A stretch of DNA of 64,000 bases from Pseudomonadota bacterium (GTDB lineage Bacteria; Pseudomonadota; Alphaproteobacteria; Rhizobiales; Devosiaceae). Positions 42,822-52,514 of the stretch are shown piece after piece. The stretch's first letter is position 1. Each line of letters begins with the position of its first letter. Position numbers and translations under genes: made by a program. Location: positions 31,586-95,585 of the forward strand of contig JAEWLC010000072.1 of NCBI GenBank assembly GCA_023393475.1, in the 5' to 3' direction. The notes under the pieces are model-generated. The model was not told where the DNA came from, did not search any database, and saw only the letters and a list, made by a program, of their open reading frames with translations.

Positions 42822-43606
42822 CAGTGGGCCTCCAGCCGGTGGGCACCGCCGAGATAGGCTTCCTGCACCTTGGCGCTGCCGCGTACCTCATCGGGAAGTC
42901 CCTCCGCGATGATCTTGCCGCCCGAAAGGACGGAGATCCGGTCGGCCAAGGAGAACACGACATGCATGTCGTGTTCAATGATCACCTTCGTCATGCCGCG
43001 CGCCTTGATCTTCTTGAGCAACTCGATGGTGGTGTTGGTGTCGTGCCGGCTCATGCCGGCGGTCGGCTCGTCAAGCAGCAGCAGCCGCGGGTGCTGGATG
43101 AGGCACATGGCCAGTTCCATCCGGCGCTTGTCGCCGCGGCTCAGGGCGCCGGCATGCGAGTGGCGGCGGCCGGAGAGACCGACGTCCTCGAGGATGGCTT
43201 CGGCTTCGTCGCGGATGCCCGCCTCGTTCTCGACCGAGCGCAGGATGTTGATGCGGAACGCGCCGTCGCGCTTGGCGAAGGCGGGTGTCATGACGTTCTG
43301 CAGCACCGACAGCTCGGGGAAGATCTCGGGAGTCTGGAACACGCGGGCGACGCCGACCTGGTTGATCTCGTAGGGCTTCTTGCCGGTCAGCACGTTGCCG
43401 TCGAACACCACGGCACCGCGCGTCGGCGCGAGGCGGCCGACGATGACGTTGAGCAGGGTCGACTTGCCGGCGCCGTTGGGGCCGATGATGGCGTGCGTCG
43501 TGCCTTCTTCCACCGAGAAGTCGATGTCGGAGAGGGCATGCAGTCCGCCGAAGTTCTTGCTGACATCGTCGACGTGGAGCACGACGTTGCGTTGCGCGGT
43601 GGCCAT
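42821..43606 (-). CDS. Liv-type ABC transporter ATP-binding protein (LivG-like)
   Basis: GPNGAGKS, LLLDEPTAGM, IEHDM, VQEAYLG. Confidence 0.92.
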
Positions 43607-43610
43607 GAGA

Positions 43611-44756
43611 TCACTCCGCCGGCTGGGCGCGCACGGCGCCGGGTGTGGTGGGTGTTCCGCGCCGGCTGAACATTGCCGAGATGCGGCGGACGCCCTCCAT
43701 GATGCCGCCGGGCAGGAAGACCACGACGAGGACGAAGAGCAAGCCTAGGGTCAGCTGCCAGCCTTCGCCGACAAATTTCGAGGCGATGGCGACGACAGTG
43801 TCGTGGGCCGGAGCCGGGATGAAGTCGAAGAAGCGGCTGAGGATGCCCTCGTTGAACGAGGAGAAGATGTTCTCGAAGTACTTGATCAGCCAGGCGCCGA
43901 TCACCGGGCCGACGAGCGTGCCGACGCCGCCGAGGATGGTCATCAGCACGACCTCACCCGAGGCCGTCCACTGCATGCGCTCGGCGCCGGCAAGCGGATC
44001 GGTGACGGCGAGGAGTGCGCCCGCAAGGCCGGCATACATGCCGGAGATGACGAAGGCGGTGAGGGCGTAGGGGCGCGTATTGAAGCCGGTGTAGCTCATG
44101 CGCGTCTGGTTGGACTTGATGCCGCGCAGCATCATGCCGAAGGGCGAGGCGAAGACCTTCTGCGCGAAAAAGAAGGCGACGATCAGAACCGCGGCGCAGA
44201 AATAGAAGCCGCCGAGGCCGGTGAAGGGCGTGCCGAAGAGGCTCGCCGTGGGCAGGCCCGCGCCGCGCGGGGCTAGCGCGAGGTCGATGACGCGCGGATC
44301 CTGCAGGGTGAGCTGCAGCGAGGTCTCGCCGTTGGTGATCGGGGTCAGCACCGAATAGGCGAGGTTGTAGCTCATCTGCGCGAAGGCGAGCGTGAGGATG
44401 GAGAAGTAGATGCCCGAGCGCTTGAGGCTCAGGTAGCCGATGGCGAGGGCGAATAGGCCGGAGATGATGATGGCGAAGATGATCGCCGGGATCACATCCA
44501 TGGTCAGCAGCTTGAAAGACCACACCGCGGAGTAGGAGCCGACGCCGAGAAAGGCGGCATGGCCGAAGCTGAGGTAGCCGGTGAGGCCGAACAGGATGTT
44601 GAAGCCGATGGCGAAGATCGCGTAGATCGCGAACTTCTGCATGAGGCCCGGATAGTTGGCGCCGATCGGGGCGGTCCAGATCGGCATGGTCACGACCACC
44701 AGCGCGAAGACGGCAAAGATGATCCAGTCACGGCGGGAGAGTTGGAACAGGGCCAT
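43611..44756 (-). CDS. Liv-type ABC transporter permease (LivM-like)
   Basis: '[13 protein letters not shown]', 'YFSILTLAF', '[11 protein letters not shown]'. Confidence 0.9.
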   Translation of the reverse strand: MALFQLSRRDWIIFAVFALVVVTMPIWTAPIGANYPGLMQKFAIYAIFAIGFNILFGLTGYLSFGHAAFLGVGSYSAVWSFKLLTMDVIPAIIFAIIISGLFALAIGYLSLKRSGIYFSILTLAFAQMSYNLAYSVLTPITNGETSLQLTLQDPRVIDLALAPRGAGLPTASLFGTPFTGLGGFYFCAAVLIVAFFFAQKVFASPFGMMLRGIKSNQTRMSYTGFNTRPYALTAFVISGMYAGLAGALLAVTDPLAGAERMQWTASGEVVLMTILGGVGTLVGPVIGAWLIKYFENIFSSFNEGILSRFFDFIPAPAHDTVVAIASKFVGEGWQLTLGLLFVLVVVFLPGGIMEGVRRISAMFSRRGTPTTPGAVRAQPAE

Positions 44757-44759
44757 CGG

Positions 44760-45788
44760 TCAGCCCTCCATCACGCCGCGCCGACCGAGCAGGCCGCGCG
44801 GGCGGACCAGCAGGATCACGACAGCGGTCAGGTAGATGATGATCTGGTCGATGCCCGGGATGAGCGACTTGATCTCGTTCATGGAAGCAAAGCTCTGGAG
44901 GATACCGAGCAGGAAGCCGGCGGCGACCGCGCCGGGCAGCGAGCCCATGCCGCCGACGACGACCACGACGAAGCTCAGGACGAGGAAATCCATGCCCTGG
45001 TGGTAGTTGGGCGGGAGGAGCGGGGTGTACATCACGCCCGCGGTACCTGCGACGACGGCGGCGAGGCCGAACATGATGGTGAAGCGGCGGTCGATGTTGA
45101 TGCCGAGCAGGCCGACTGTCTCGCGATCAGCCATGCCGGCTCGGACCACCATGCCGAAGGTGGTGAAGCGCAGGAAGGCGAACACCGCAGCGATGACGCC
45201 GGCCGAGAACAGGAAGTACACCAGCCGCCACATCGGGTAGGTCACTGCGCCCGGCGCGAGGCCGATGAAGGCGCCGACATCGGCAGCGCCACGCAACGCC
45301 GAGGGCATGGCTTGGCTGATGGGGTTGGGCCCGAAGATGGCTTTGACGATCTCCTGCAGCACGATCGCGAGGCCGAATGTCACAAGGATCTGCTCGGCAT
45401 GCGGGCGTTTGTAGAAGTGCTTTATGAGGCCGCGTTCCATCACGATGCCGATGATCAGCATCACCGGGATGGCGAGGAGGATCGAGAGCGGCACCGACCA
45501 GTCGATCAGCACTGCGCCCCAGTCGCCGAACCAGGTCTGGGCGAGAGGCGTACGGACCTCGAGCGCGGTGCCCCAGGCCGTGGTCTGGGTTGGATCGACC
45601 GTCACGGTTTCAAGCGTAATCAGGTAGCGGAAGGTAACGGCGCAGAAGGCGCCGAGCATGAACAGCGCGCCATGCGCGAAGTTGACGACCCCAAGCGTGC
45701 CGAAGACGAGGGTGAGGCCGAGCGCGATGAGCGCGTATGCGCCGCCCTTGTCGAGCCCGTTGAGAAGTTGCGCGAGGATGGCGTCCAT
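44760..45788 (-). CDS. Liv-type ABC transporter permease (LivH-like)
   Basis: 'YALIALGLTLVFGTLGVVNFAHG', 'VVVVGGMGSL.GA'. Confidence 0.9.
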   Translation of the reverse strand: MDAILAQLLNGLDKGGAYALIALGLTLVFGTLGVVNFAHGALFMLGAFCAVTFRYLITLETVTVDPTQTTAWGTALEVRTPLAQTWFGDWGAVLIDWSVPLSILLAIPVMLIIGIVMERGLIKHFYKRPHAEQILVTFGLAIVLQEIVKAIFGPNPISQAMPSALRGAADVGAFIGLAPGAVTYPMWRLVYFLFSAGVIAAVFAFLRFTTFGMVVRAGMADRETVGLLGINIDRRFTIMFGLAAVVAGTAGVMYTPLLPPNYHQGMDFLVLSFVVVVVGGMGSLPGAVAAGFLLGILQSFASMNEIKSLIPGIDQIIIYLTAVVILLVRPRGLLGRRGVMEG

Positions 45789-45863
45789 TTCCGCTGCCCT
45801 GAGAGTGAGCCAGAGACCTTCCGTCCCGGCTGAAGGGTCAGCCGGGACGGGCTCAAGCGCCGG

Positions 45864-47213
45864 TTAGCAGGCGACCGCTGTATCCGGGCCGAGCTCGCCG
45901 CCGAAGATGGCGGGGTCGTAGGTGACGCTTTCGCGCGAGGCCGTGGCCACCACTTCGAGCAGGTCGAACGGGTTGGCGGGCGATTCCTTGCCCTTCACCA
46001 CGAAGACGTCCTTGAAGCACTGGTGGTCGGAGCCACGGTAGAGCGTCGGGCCGTTGCCCAGGCCGTCGAACTCGAAGTCCTCGAGGGCCTTGATGACTTC
46101 CGGCGGGTAGAAGGTACCGGCGCGTTCCACCGCATCGGCGTAGAGCAGCGTCTGCACGTAGGATGTGTGCGCGGCCTGGCTCGGCGGCTGGCCGAACTTG
46201 GCGCCGAACGACTTGGTGAAGGCCTTGCTGGCATCGTCGGTCAGCTGCCAATCCCAGTTCGAGGTGCCGTAGATGCCCTTCATGGCATCGCCGGCGCCCT
46301 TGGCCATGAGGTCGGACACCAGCGGCACGACGATCTCGAACTGCTTGCCGTTGGCCTGCTTGTCCTTCATGCCGAACTGCACGGCCTGGGTGAGCGAGTT
46401 CACCATGTCGAAGCCGTAGTGGTTGAGGATCAGCACGTCGGCGCCCGAGTTCAATACCGGCGTCAGGTACTGGCTGAAGTCGCCCGCGCCCACCGGGGTG
46501 CGCACGGGGGCGAGGGTCTTCCAGCCCAGCGCCTCGGTGGCGTTCTTCATCGACTCTTCCTGGGTCCAGCCCCAGGTGTAGTCGGCGGTCAGGTGGTAGG
46601 CGACGCGATCCTTGCCGTAGGCCTCGCCGAGCACCGGGCCCAGCGCGATACCCGACTGGTAGGCGTTGAAGAAGTGGCGGAAGCCATACTTCTTCTTGTC
46701 CTTGCCGGTGGTGTCGTTGGAGTGGGTCAGGGCCGCCATGAAGATGACGCCCTTTTCCTGGCAGAGGCCCTGGACGGCGATCGCCACGGCCGAGGACGAA
46801 CCGCCGGTGATCATCACGGCGCCATCGCGCTCGATCATGCGGCGGGCCGAGTCACGGGCGGCGTCGGCCTTGGTCTGGTCGTCACCGGTGACGCCCACGA
46901 CCTTCTTGCCGAGGATGCCGTTGCCCTTCAGCGTCTTGGACGAGAAGAACGGGATCATCCCGCCATCGCCGCCGCCGTTGAGGTGCTCGACCGCCAGCTG
47001 GTAGGCGCGGTCTTCGTCGGCGCCTTCATCTGCATAGGCGCCGGTCAGCGGCATGTTGAAGCCGAGTGTCACTGTGTCGCCGGTCGGCGCGTTGCAGAAT
47101 TCCTGCGCGTAGGCGCCCTTGGAAAAGATCAACGGGGAGACGCCGGTCGCGAGGATGCCGGCAAGCCCGCCTTTCAGCACGCCACGGCGGCTGAAGCCTT
47201 TCAGATTGGTCAT
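45864..47213 (-). CDS. Liv-type ABC substrate-binding protein, Tat-exported
   Basis: 'FSRRGVLK' Tat motif; 'PLTGAYADEG', 'GGSSSAVAIA', 'ADYTWG'. Start ATG 47213. Confidence 0.9.
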   Translation of the reverse strand: MTNLKGFSRRGVLKGGLAGILATGVSPLIFSKGAYAQEFCNAPTGDTVTLGFNMPLTGAYADEGADEDRAYQLAVEHLNGGGDGGMIPFFSSKTLKGNGILGKKVVGVTGDDQTKADAARDSARRMIERDGAVMITGGSSSAVAIAVQGLCQEKGVIFMAALTHSNDTTGKDKKKYGFRHFFNAYQSGIALGPVLGEAYGKDRVAYHLTADYTWGWTQEESMKNATEALGWKTLAPVRTPVGAGDFSQYLTPVLNSGADVLILNHYGFDMVNSLTQAVQFGMKDKQANGKQFEIVVPLVSDLMAKGAGDAMKGIYGTSNWDWQLTDDASKAFTKSFGAKFGQPPSQAAHTSYVQTLLYADAVERAGTFYPPEVIKALEDFEFDGLGNGPTLYRGSDHQCFKDVFVVKGKESPANPFDLLEVVATASRESVTYDPAIFGGELGPDTAVAC

Positions 47214-47390
47214 TTCGTCCTCCTCCAGCGCGGGGGACCGGTACATTGCCGAACACCTCACCGCGAGGAGATCACGATGCGATGGAGAGAAAATGACTGC
47301 AATAGAGCGATGATATCGTTGAGTAATTCTGTAAATCGTTGATCTTCATCGTTGCTCATGCTGTAAATTCGTTGACAACGGGAGGGTAGA

Positions 47391-49022
47391 TTGCGGTCAC
47401 CGATCGGCTTGCGGATCAGCTCGAGACGGCGGGCGCTGGGCATTTCCCAAGCGGCGCTGGCGCGACAGGCCGGCATATCTGCGAGCTACCTGAACCTGAT
47501 CGAGCGCAACCGGCGGCAGGTCGGCGGCGCCCTGCTGCTGCGCCTCGCGCACGAGCTGCAGCTGGATATCGGCGAGCTTTCGGGCGACGCCGAGCACCGA
47601 CTCATCGCCGAACTCGACGAGGCGCTTTCCGACCCGCTGCTGCAGTCGAGTGATTTTGCCGGGCTGGCGGCGCGCGATCTCGTGGCGCAACAGCCGGCCG
47701 CGGCGTTGGCCATTGCTCGGCTGCATCGGGCCTATCAGGGGGCGCAGGCCAATGCGGACGATCTTGCCAACCGGCTGCGCTCCGACCCCCTGCTGGCGGA
47801 ACTGCTGCACCGGGTGCTGTCTGGCATCACGGCCGTCAGGTCGAGCGCCGAGATTCTCGAGGACACGGACGACCTCGATGAGGCCGAGCAGCGCCGGTTC
47901 GTCTCATCGATTACCCGGGAGACGCGGGGGCTGACCGATGTGGCGCGCAGCCTGATCGGCCAGTTTGACCAGGAGGCAAAGGCTCGGCGCTCGCTGTCAC
48001 CGATGCGGGAGCTCGATGATCTCATCTTCGAGCGGGACAACTACTTTCCCGCGCTTGAGGCGGTCGCGGCGGACCTGCGGCGCGAGATCGATCGTGCCGG
48101 TCCGTTCGGCGAGGCGACGCTTGCGGATCTGCTCGAGCGACAGTTCGGCGTGCAGGTGATCCGCAGCGGCGCACGCGAACTCGACGCGCTCGGCTTCCCG
48201 GGGCAATACCACTTCAACGTCGAAACCCGGACCATGTGGTTTCAGACCAGCGCGATTGCGGCGACACGGCAATTTCAGCTGACCCGCCTCTATGCCGAGC
48301 TTGCGGCACCTGGCGCGATCGAGCGCGAGGTCGGCGCCCCCGAACTCGGATCGGAGGCGGCGCGGCGGCTTGGCTACCGCGCGCTGGGGTCCTACCTCGC
48401 CGGTGCGATCGTCTTCCCCTACGAGGCCTTCCTCGGCAATGCCGAGGCCACGCGCTACGACATCGAGGCGCTGCGCCAGATCTATACGGCGAGCTTCGAG
48501 CAGGTGGCGCATCGCCTCGTGACGTTGCGCAAGCCCGATGCGGCGGGCGTGCCGTTCGGGTTTCTGCGTTCCGATCCGGCCGGGAGGCTCACCAAGCATT
48601 TTCCGCTTCCCGGGTTGCCATTGCCCGGCGCGGGGCATGCGTGCCCTCTCTGGGCCATCTACGGCGCATTCCGGACGCCCGAGACGATGGTGCGGCAGGT
48701 GGCGCAATTCGCGGATGGGTCGCGCTACCTGTTCATTGCGCGAGCCCAGGCCCGGCGCGTCGCCAGCTTTGCCGATCGCGGCGCAATCCACACCTCCGTC
48801 ATGCTCGCGTGTGACGTGCTGCACGCCGATCGCACCGTCTATTCGGCCGGGCTCGACCTTGCCGATGCTGCCGCCGACGTACCGGTCGGACCGGCCTGCC
48901 GGCTCTGTCCGCGACGTGATTGCGCCGACCGGCAAGAGGAGGCGCTGATGCCTGGCGGGCGGCCCGCAGCGGTGCGGGCACCGTTGATTCCTCGCGGTTT
49001 CGATATTGGCGAAGCCGATTGA
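47391..49022 (+). CDS. XRE-HTH / short-chain fatty acyl-CoA regulator (ScfR/RamB/PccR family) with an inserted HisKA(DHp)-like segment
   Basis: N-terminal XRE HTH ('ISQAALARQAGISASYLNLIE'); ScfR features 'NYFPALE', 'SFEQVAHRL.TL', 'D.AG', 'ACPLW' and C-terminal 'GPACRLCPRRDC..R'. DHp-like segment at about aa 132-190. TTG start after GGAGGG. Confidence 0.85.
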   Translation: MRSPIGLRISSRRRALGISQAALARQAGISASYLNLIERNRRQVGGALLLRLAHELQLDIGELSGDAEHRLIAELDEALSDPLLQSSDFAGLAARDLVAQQPAAALAIARLHRAYQGAQANADDLANRLRSDPLLAELLHRVLSGITAVRSSAEILEDTDDLDEAEQRRFVSSITRETRGLTDVARSLIGQFDQEAKARRSLSPMRELDDLIFERDNYFPALEAVAADLRREIDRAGPFGEATLADLLERQFGVQVIRSGARELDALGFPGQYHFNVETRTMWFQTSAIAATRQFQLTRLYAELAAPGAIEREVGAPELGSEAARRLGYRALGSYLAGAIVFPYEAFLGNAEATRYDIEALRQIYTASFEQVAHRLVTLRKPDAAGVPFGFLRSDPAGRLTKHFPLPGLPLPGAGHACPLWAIYGAFRTPETMVRQVAQFADGSRYLFIARAQARRVASFADRGAIHTSVMLACDVLHADRTVYSAGLDLADAAADVPVGPACRLCPRRDCADRQEEALMPGGRPAAVRAPLIPRGFDIGEAD

Positions 49023-49076
49023 GTGTGCGTTACTGTTCAAGGGTTCCGATTGGGAGGTCGGGACGGGAGGGGGAAT

Positions 49077-49454
49077 TTGGCGGTCGATGTACTCATTGCC
49101 GAGGACGAGCCGAGCATTCTTGAATCGCTCGACTTCATCCTCAGGCGCGCTGGCTTATCGATAGAATCCGTTACAGACGGCGATGCGGCACTCGCCGCGA
49201 TCCGGCGCGACCGGCCTCGGCTGGTGGTGCTCGACGTGATGTTGCCAAAGCGCTCGGGATTCGAGGTGCTGAAGCAGATCCGCGCCGACACGGTCACGCA
49301 CGACCTGCCAGTGCTCATCCTCACCGCCAAGGGACAGGCGCAGGACCGGCAGATCGCCGAAGAGCTCGGCGCCTCGAGTTTCGTCACCAAGCCCTACGCG
49401 AACGCGGACGTGGTGGATGCGGTCCAGCGTCTCCTCGCCGCGACTGCGGGGTAG
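49077..49454 (+). CDS. Single-domain response regulator (receiver only)
   Basis: 'VLIAEDE', 'VVLDVMLP', 'LTAKG', 'TKPY'; ends right after the receiver. TTG start after GGAGG. Confidence 0.9.
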   Translation: MAVDVLIAEDEPSILESLDFILRRAGLSIESVTDGDAALAAIRRDRPRLVVLDVMLPKRSGFEVLKQIRADTVTHDLPVLILTAKGQAQDRQIAEELGASSFVTKPYANADVVDAVQRLLAATAG

Positions 49455-49461
49455 CGCGGCG

Positions 49462-49677
49462 ATGGAACGCCGCAAGCTCGTGAGCGCTGCGCTGTTCCTG
49501 ACGCTCATCGGCGCGCTGCTGTTCATGCCGCCGCTCGCGAGTGTGTTCCAGATCCAGCGGCGGGTGCTCGGCGTGCCTGCCGAGGTAATCTATCTCTTTG
49601 CCTGCTGGGTCTCGCTGGTGTTCGGCGCGTGGTGGCTGTCGCGGCGGTTGCCCCATGAGGGCGAGGACGAGAGCTGA
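49462..49677 (+). CDS. Small 2-TM membrane protein coupled to the SLC5 kinase
   Basis: 71 aa with two TM segments; its TGA overlaps the kinase ATG (TGATG). Typical of the small partner genes of SSS/SLC5 proteins. Confidence 0.75.
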   Translation: MERRKLVSAALFLTLIGALLFMPPLASVFQIQRRVLGVPAEVIYLFACWVSLVFGAWWLSRRLPHEGEDES

Positions 49678-52373
49678 TGCTCAGCGCCGATCTCGTTACG
49701 GCGACAGGCATCGCCTATGTCGGGCTGCTGTTCCTCATCGCCTATGTTTCCGACCGACGGGCGCGGCGGACGCAATCGTCGTTCCTCCGCTCACCCTTCG
49801 TCTACACGCTCGCCATCTCGGTCTATTGCACCAGCTGGACCTTTTACGGCGCAGTAGGTTCGGCGGCCCGCAACGGGCTCGAATACCTCGCCATCTATCT
49901 GGGGCCGACGCTGGTGTTCATCGGCTGGTGGTTCGTGCTGCGCCGGCTGGTCCGGATCAGCCACAACCAGCGCATCACCTCGATTGCGGATCTCCTCTCC
50001 TCGCGCTTCGGCAAATCGAGCCGGCTCGCGGTGCTGGTCACCGTGATCGCGGTCATCGGCATCGCGCCCTATATCGCGCTGCAGCTGAAGGCGGTGACCT
50101 CGTCCATCCAGGCGATCGCCGTGGCGCGGGACGGGCAGGGCAGCCTCAGCGGCATCGACGAAGTCGGGCTCGCCTTCGGGGTGGCGGCCGGCATGGCGCT
50201 GTTCACGGTGCTGTTCGGCACCCGCAACGTGGATGCGAAGGAACAGCACCACGGCGTCGTCGCCGCCATCGCCTTCGAGGCGGTGGTGAAGCTCGCCGCG
50301 CTGCTGGCGGTCGGGTTGTTCGTGGTGTTCGTGGGCGGTGGTTTCGACGCGATCTTCTCGCGGGCGGAGAGCGCCGGGCTCGATATTTACTCGACCGGCA
50401 CGTTCGACGACCGCTGGATCGCGATGAACGTGCTGTCGATCGCCGCGATCATCTGCCTGCCGCGCCAGTTCCAGATCACAGTGGTCGAGAACTCCGACGA
50501 AAACCACCTCCGCACCGCCGCGTGGGCGTTCCCGGCCTACCTGCTGCTGATGAGTGTCTTCACGCTGCCCATCGCGCTCTACGGGCTCACATTCATGCCG
50601 GCCGGGGCCAATCCCGACATGTTTGTCCTGACGCTGCCGCTTGCGGCCGGACAGGATGGTCTGGCGCTGTTCGCGTTCATCGGCGGTTTCTCGTCCGCGA
50701 CCTCGATGATCATCGTCGAGTCGATCGCCCTGTCGATCATGGTCTCCAACCACATCGTCATGCCGCTGGTGCTGAGGTTCACGCAGGGGCAGGGGGTTGG
50801 CGACGGGCGCGGCGTGAGCCAGCTCCTCCTCAACTCGCGCCGGTTCTCGATCGCGCTGATCCTCTCGCTCGGTTTCTTCTACTTCTACCTGACCCGCGGC
50901 AGCGACGCCCTGGCGCCGATCGGGCTGATCTCCTTCTGCGGCGTGGCGCAGTTCCTGCCGGCGATCATCGCGGCGCTGTTCTGGAAGGACGCCTCGCTTA
51001 AGGCAGCGACGGCTTCGGTGGCGGTGGGGTTCGTCGTCTGGGCCTGGTCGAGCTTCATGCCGTCCTTCGAATCCGCCTCGCCGGTGGTGGCGCAACTCAT
51101 GGCCGAGGGGCCATGGGGAATACACTGGCTTCGGCCCGAGGCGCTGTTCGGGCTCGAGGGCATCGACCCACTGGTCAACGCGGTGTTCTGGAGCCTGTTC
51201 CTCAACAGCGCGACGCTGGTGGTGGTGTCGCTGTTCACCAGCCAGTCGGCGCTCGAGCGGGTGCAGGCGGCGCTGTTCGTCGATCTGTTCCGGCGCCAGC
51301 CCGTGGGAGGCCCAGCACTGGTGCGTGGTTCGGCAGCGGCGACTGACCTCCGTTTCGTTGCGCAGCGGGTGCTCGGCATCGAGCGCGCCAGCGCGCTGTT
51401 CGACAGCGCCGGAGCAGAGGCGGGCACGGCAACAAGCGAACCAACCCCCCAGTTCATCGATCGGCTGGAGCGCGAACTCGCGGGTGCGATAGGTGCCGCT
51501 TCTGCGCACGTCATGCTGAGCACCGTGGTTTCGCGCGGCGGCGCGTCGCTGGAGGAAGTGCTCCAGATGGCCAACGAGACGCAGCAAACCATCGAGTATT
51601 CGCAGGAGCTCGAGCGGACTTCGGCTGAACTGCGCGATACGGCGCGCAAGCTTGAGGAAGCCAACCGGCAGCTGCGCGAACTCGACAGCCAGAAGGACGA
51701 GTTCCTGTCGCAGGTGAGCCACGAGGTCCGCACGCCGATGACCTCGATCCGCTCGTTCTCCGAGATCCTGCTCGGCGAACCCCGCCTCGAGGAGGAGGAG
51801 CGGCAGAAGTTCGTCGCGACCATCCACAAGGAAAGCGTGCGGCTTACCAAGCTGCTGGACCAGATACTCGACCTCAGCGCGTTGGAAGAAGGTGCCCGCA
51901 GCTGGCGAAACGTGCCGACCGACGCGCAGGCTGTGCTGGATCGGGCCGTGGAAGTCTGCATGGCGCTGGCGCGGCAGCGGAACATGCGGCTCGTCGTCGG
52001 CCGGCAGGCACGCCGGGTGCGCGTCGATGCTGATGCCGACCGTCTGAGCCAGGTGCTGATCAACCTTGTCTCGAACGCCGTGAAGTACAACGACGCGGAC
52101 GACCCGGTGGTCGAGATCAGCTCGCGCGTCTCGCGGGGCAACTACATCGTCGACGTGATCGACAACGGTTCGGGCATAGCCAGCGGCGAGACGACGCTGA
52201 TCTTCGAGAAGTTCGCCCGTGGGTCGCAGGGCGAGACGACCGCGCCGGGAGCGGGCCTCGGGCTCGCGATCTCGCGGCAGATCATCAGCCGCATGAACGG
52301 ACGCCTCGAACTGGTGCCCAGCCGGACACGTGGCGCCTGCTTCCGCGTAACGCTGCCTCTGTCGGCGGAATAG
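49677..52373 (+). CDS. Sodium:solute symporter (SLC5)-STAC-histidine kinase (CrbS/CbrA/PrlS-like, lacking PAS and receiver)
   Basis: SLC5 part 'YCTSWTFYGAVG', 'PYIALQLKA', 'LPRQF'; STAC-like 'ERELAGAIGAASA'; H-box 'SHEVRTPMTSI'; N box 'NLVSNAVKY'; G boxes 'DNGSGI', 'GAGLGLAI'. Confidence 0.9.
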   Translation: MLSADLVTATGIAYVGLLFLIAYVSDRRARRTQSSFLRSPFVYTLAISVYCTSWTFYGAVGSAARNGLEYLAIYLGPTLVFIGWWFVLRRLVRISHNQRITSIADLLSSRFGKSSRLAVLVTVIAVIGIAPYIALQLKAVTSSIQAIAVARDGQGSLSGIDEVGLAFGVAAGMALFTVLFGTRNVDAKEQHHGVVAAIAFEAVVKLAALLAVGLFVVFVGGGFDAIFSRAESAGLDIYSTGTFDDRWIAMNVLSIAAIICLPRQFQITVVENSDENHLRTAAWAFPAYLLLMSVFTLPIALYGLTFMPAGANPDMFVLTLPLAAGQDGLALFAFIGGFSSATSMIIVESIALSIMVSNHIVMPLVLRFTQGQGVGDGRGVSQLLLNSRRFSIALILSLGFFYFYLTRGSDALAPIGLISFCGVAQFLPAIIAALFWKDASLKAATASVAVGFVVWAWSSFMPSFESASPVVAQLMAEGPWGIHWLRPEALFGLEGIDPLVNAVFWSLFLNSATLVVVSLFTSQSALERVQAALFVDLFRRQPVGGPALVRGSAAATDLRFVAQRVLGIERASALFDSAGAEAGTATSEPTPQFIDRLERELAGAIGAASAHVMLSTVVSRGGASLEEVLQMANETQQTIEYSQELERTSAELRDTARKLEEANRQLRELDSQKDEFLSQVSHEVRTPMTSIRSFSEILLGEPRLEEEERQKFVATIHKESVRLTKLLDQILDLSALEEGARSWRNVPTDAQAVLDRAVEVCMALARQRNMRLVVGRQARRVRVDADADRLSQVLINLVSNAVKYNDADDPVVEISSRVSRGNYIVDVIDNGSGIASGETTLIFEKFARGSQGETTAPGAGLGLAISRQIISRMNGRLELVPSRTRGACFRVTLPLSAE

Positions 52374-52376
52374 GAG

Positions 52377-52452
52377 TGGTGGGCCCACCAGGACTCGAAC
52401 CTGGAACCAGACCGTTATGAGCGGTCGGCTCTAACCATTGAGCTATGGGCCC
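52377..52452 (-). tRNA. tRNA with CAU anticodon, most likely tRNA-Ile2 (lysidine)
   Basis: Minus strand GGGCCCATAGCTCAATGGTTAGAGCCGACCGCTCATAACGGTCTGGTTCCAGGTTCGAGTCCTGGTGGGCCCACCA: 76 nt, cloverleaf, encoded CCA. Acceptor stem resembles Ile2 rather than fMet. Confidence 0.93.
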
Positions 52453-52514
52453 TTGCCCGGCGAACGGACGGTGCCTCTTAGCAAGCGAAACGGTGGAAGC
52501 AAAGCCGGATCGGG

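Noticed and set aside
52377..52452. tRNA-anchored prophage or integrative element
   Set aside because: No integrase, phage genes or duplicated tRNA 3' end seen in the window.
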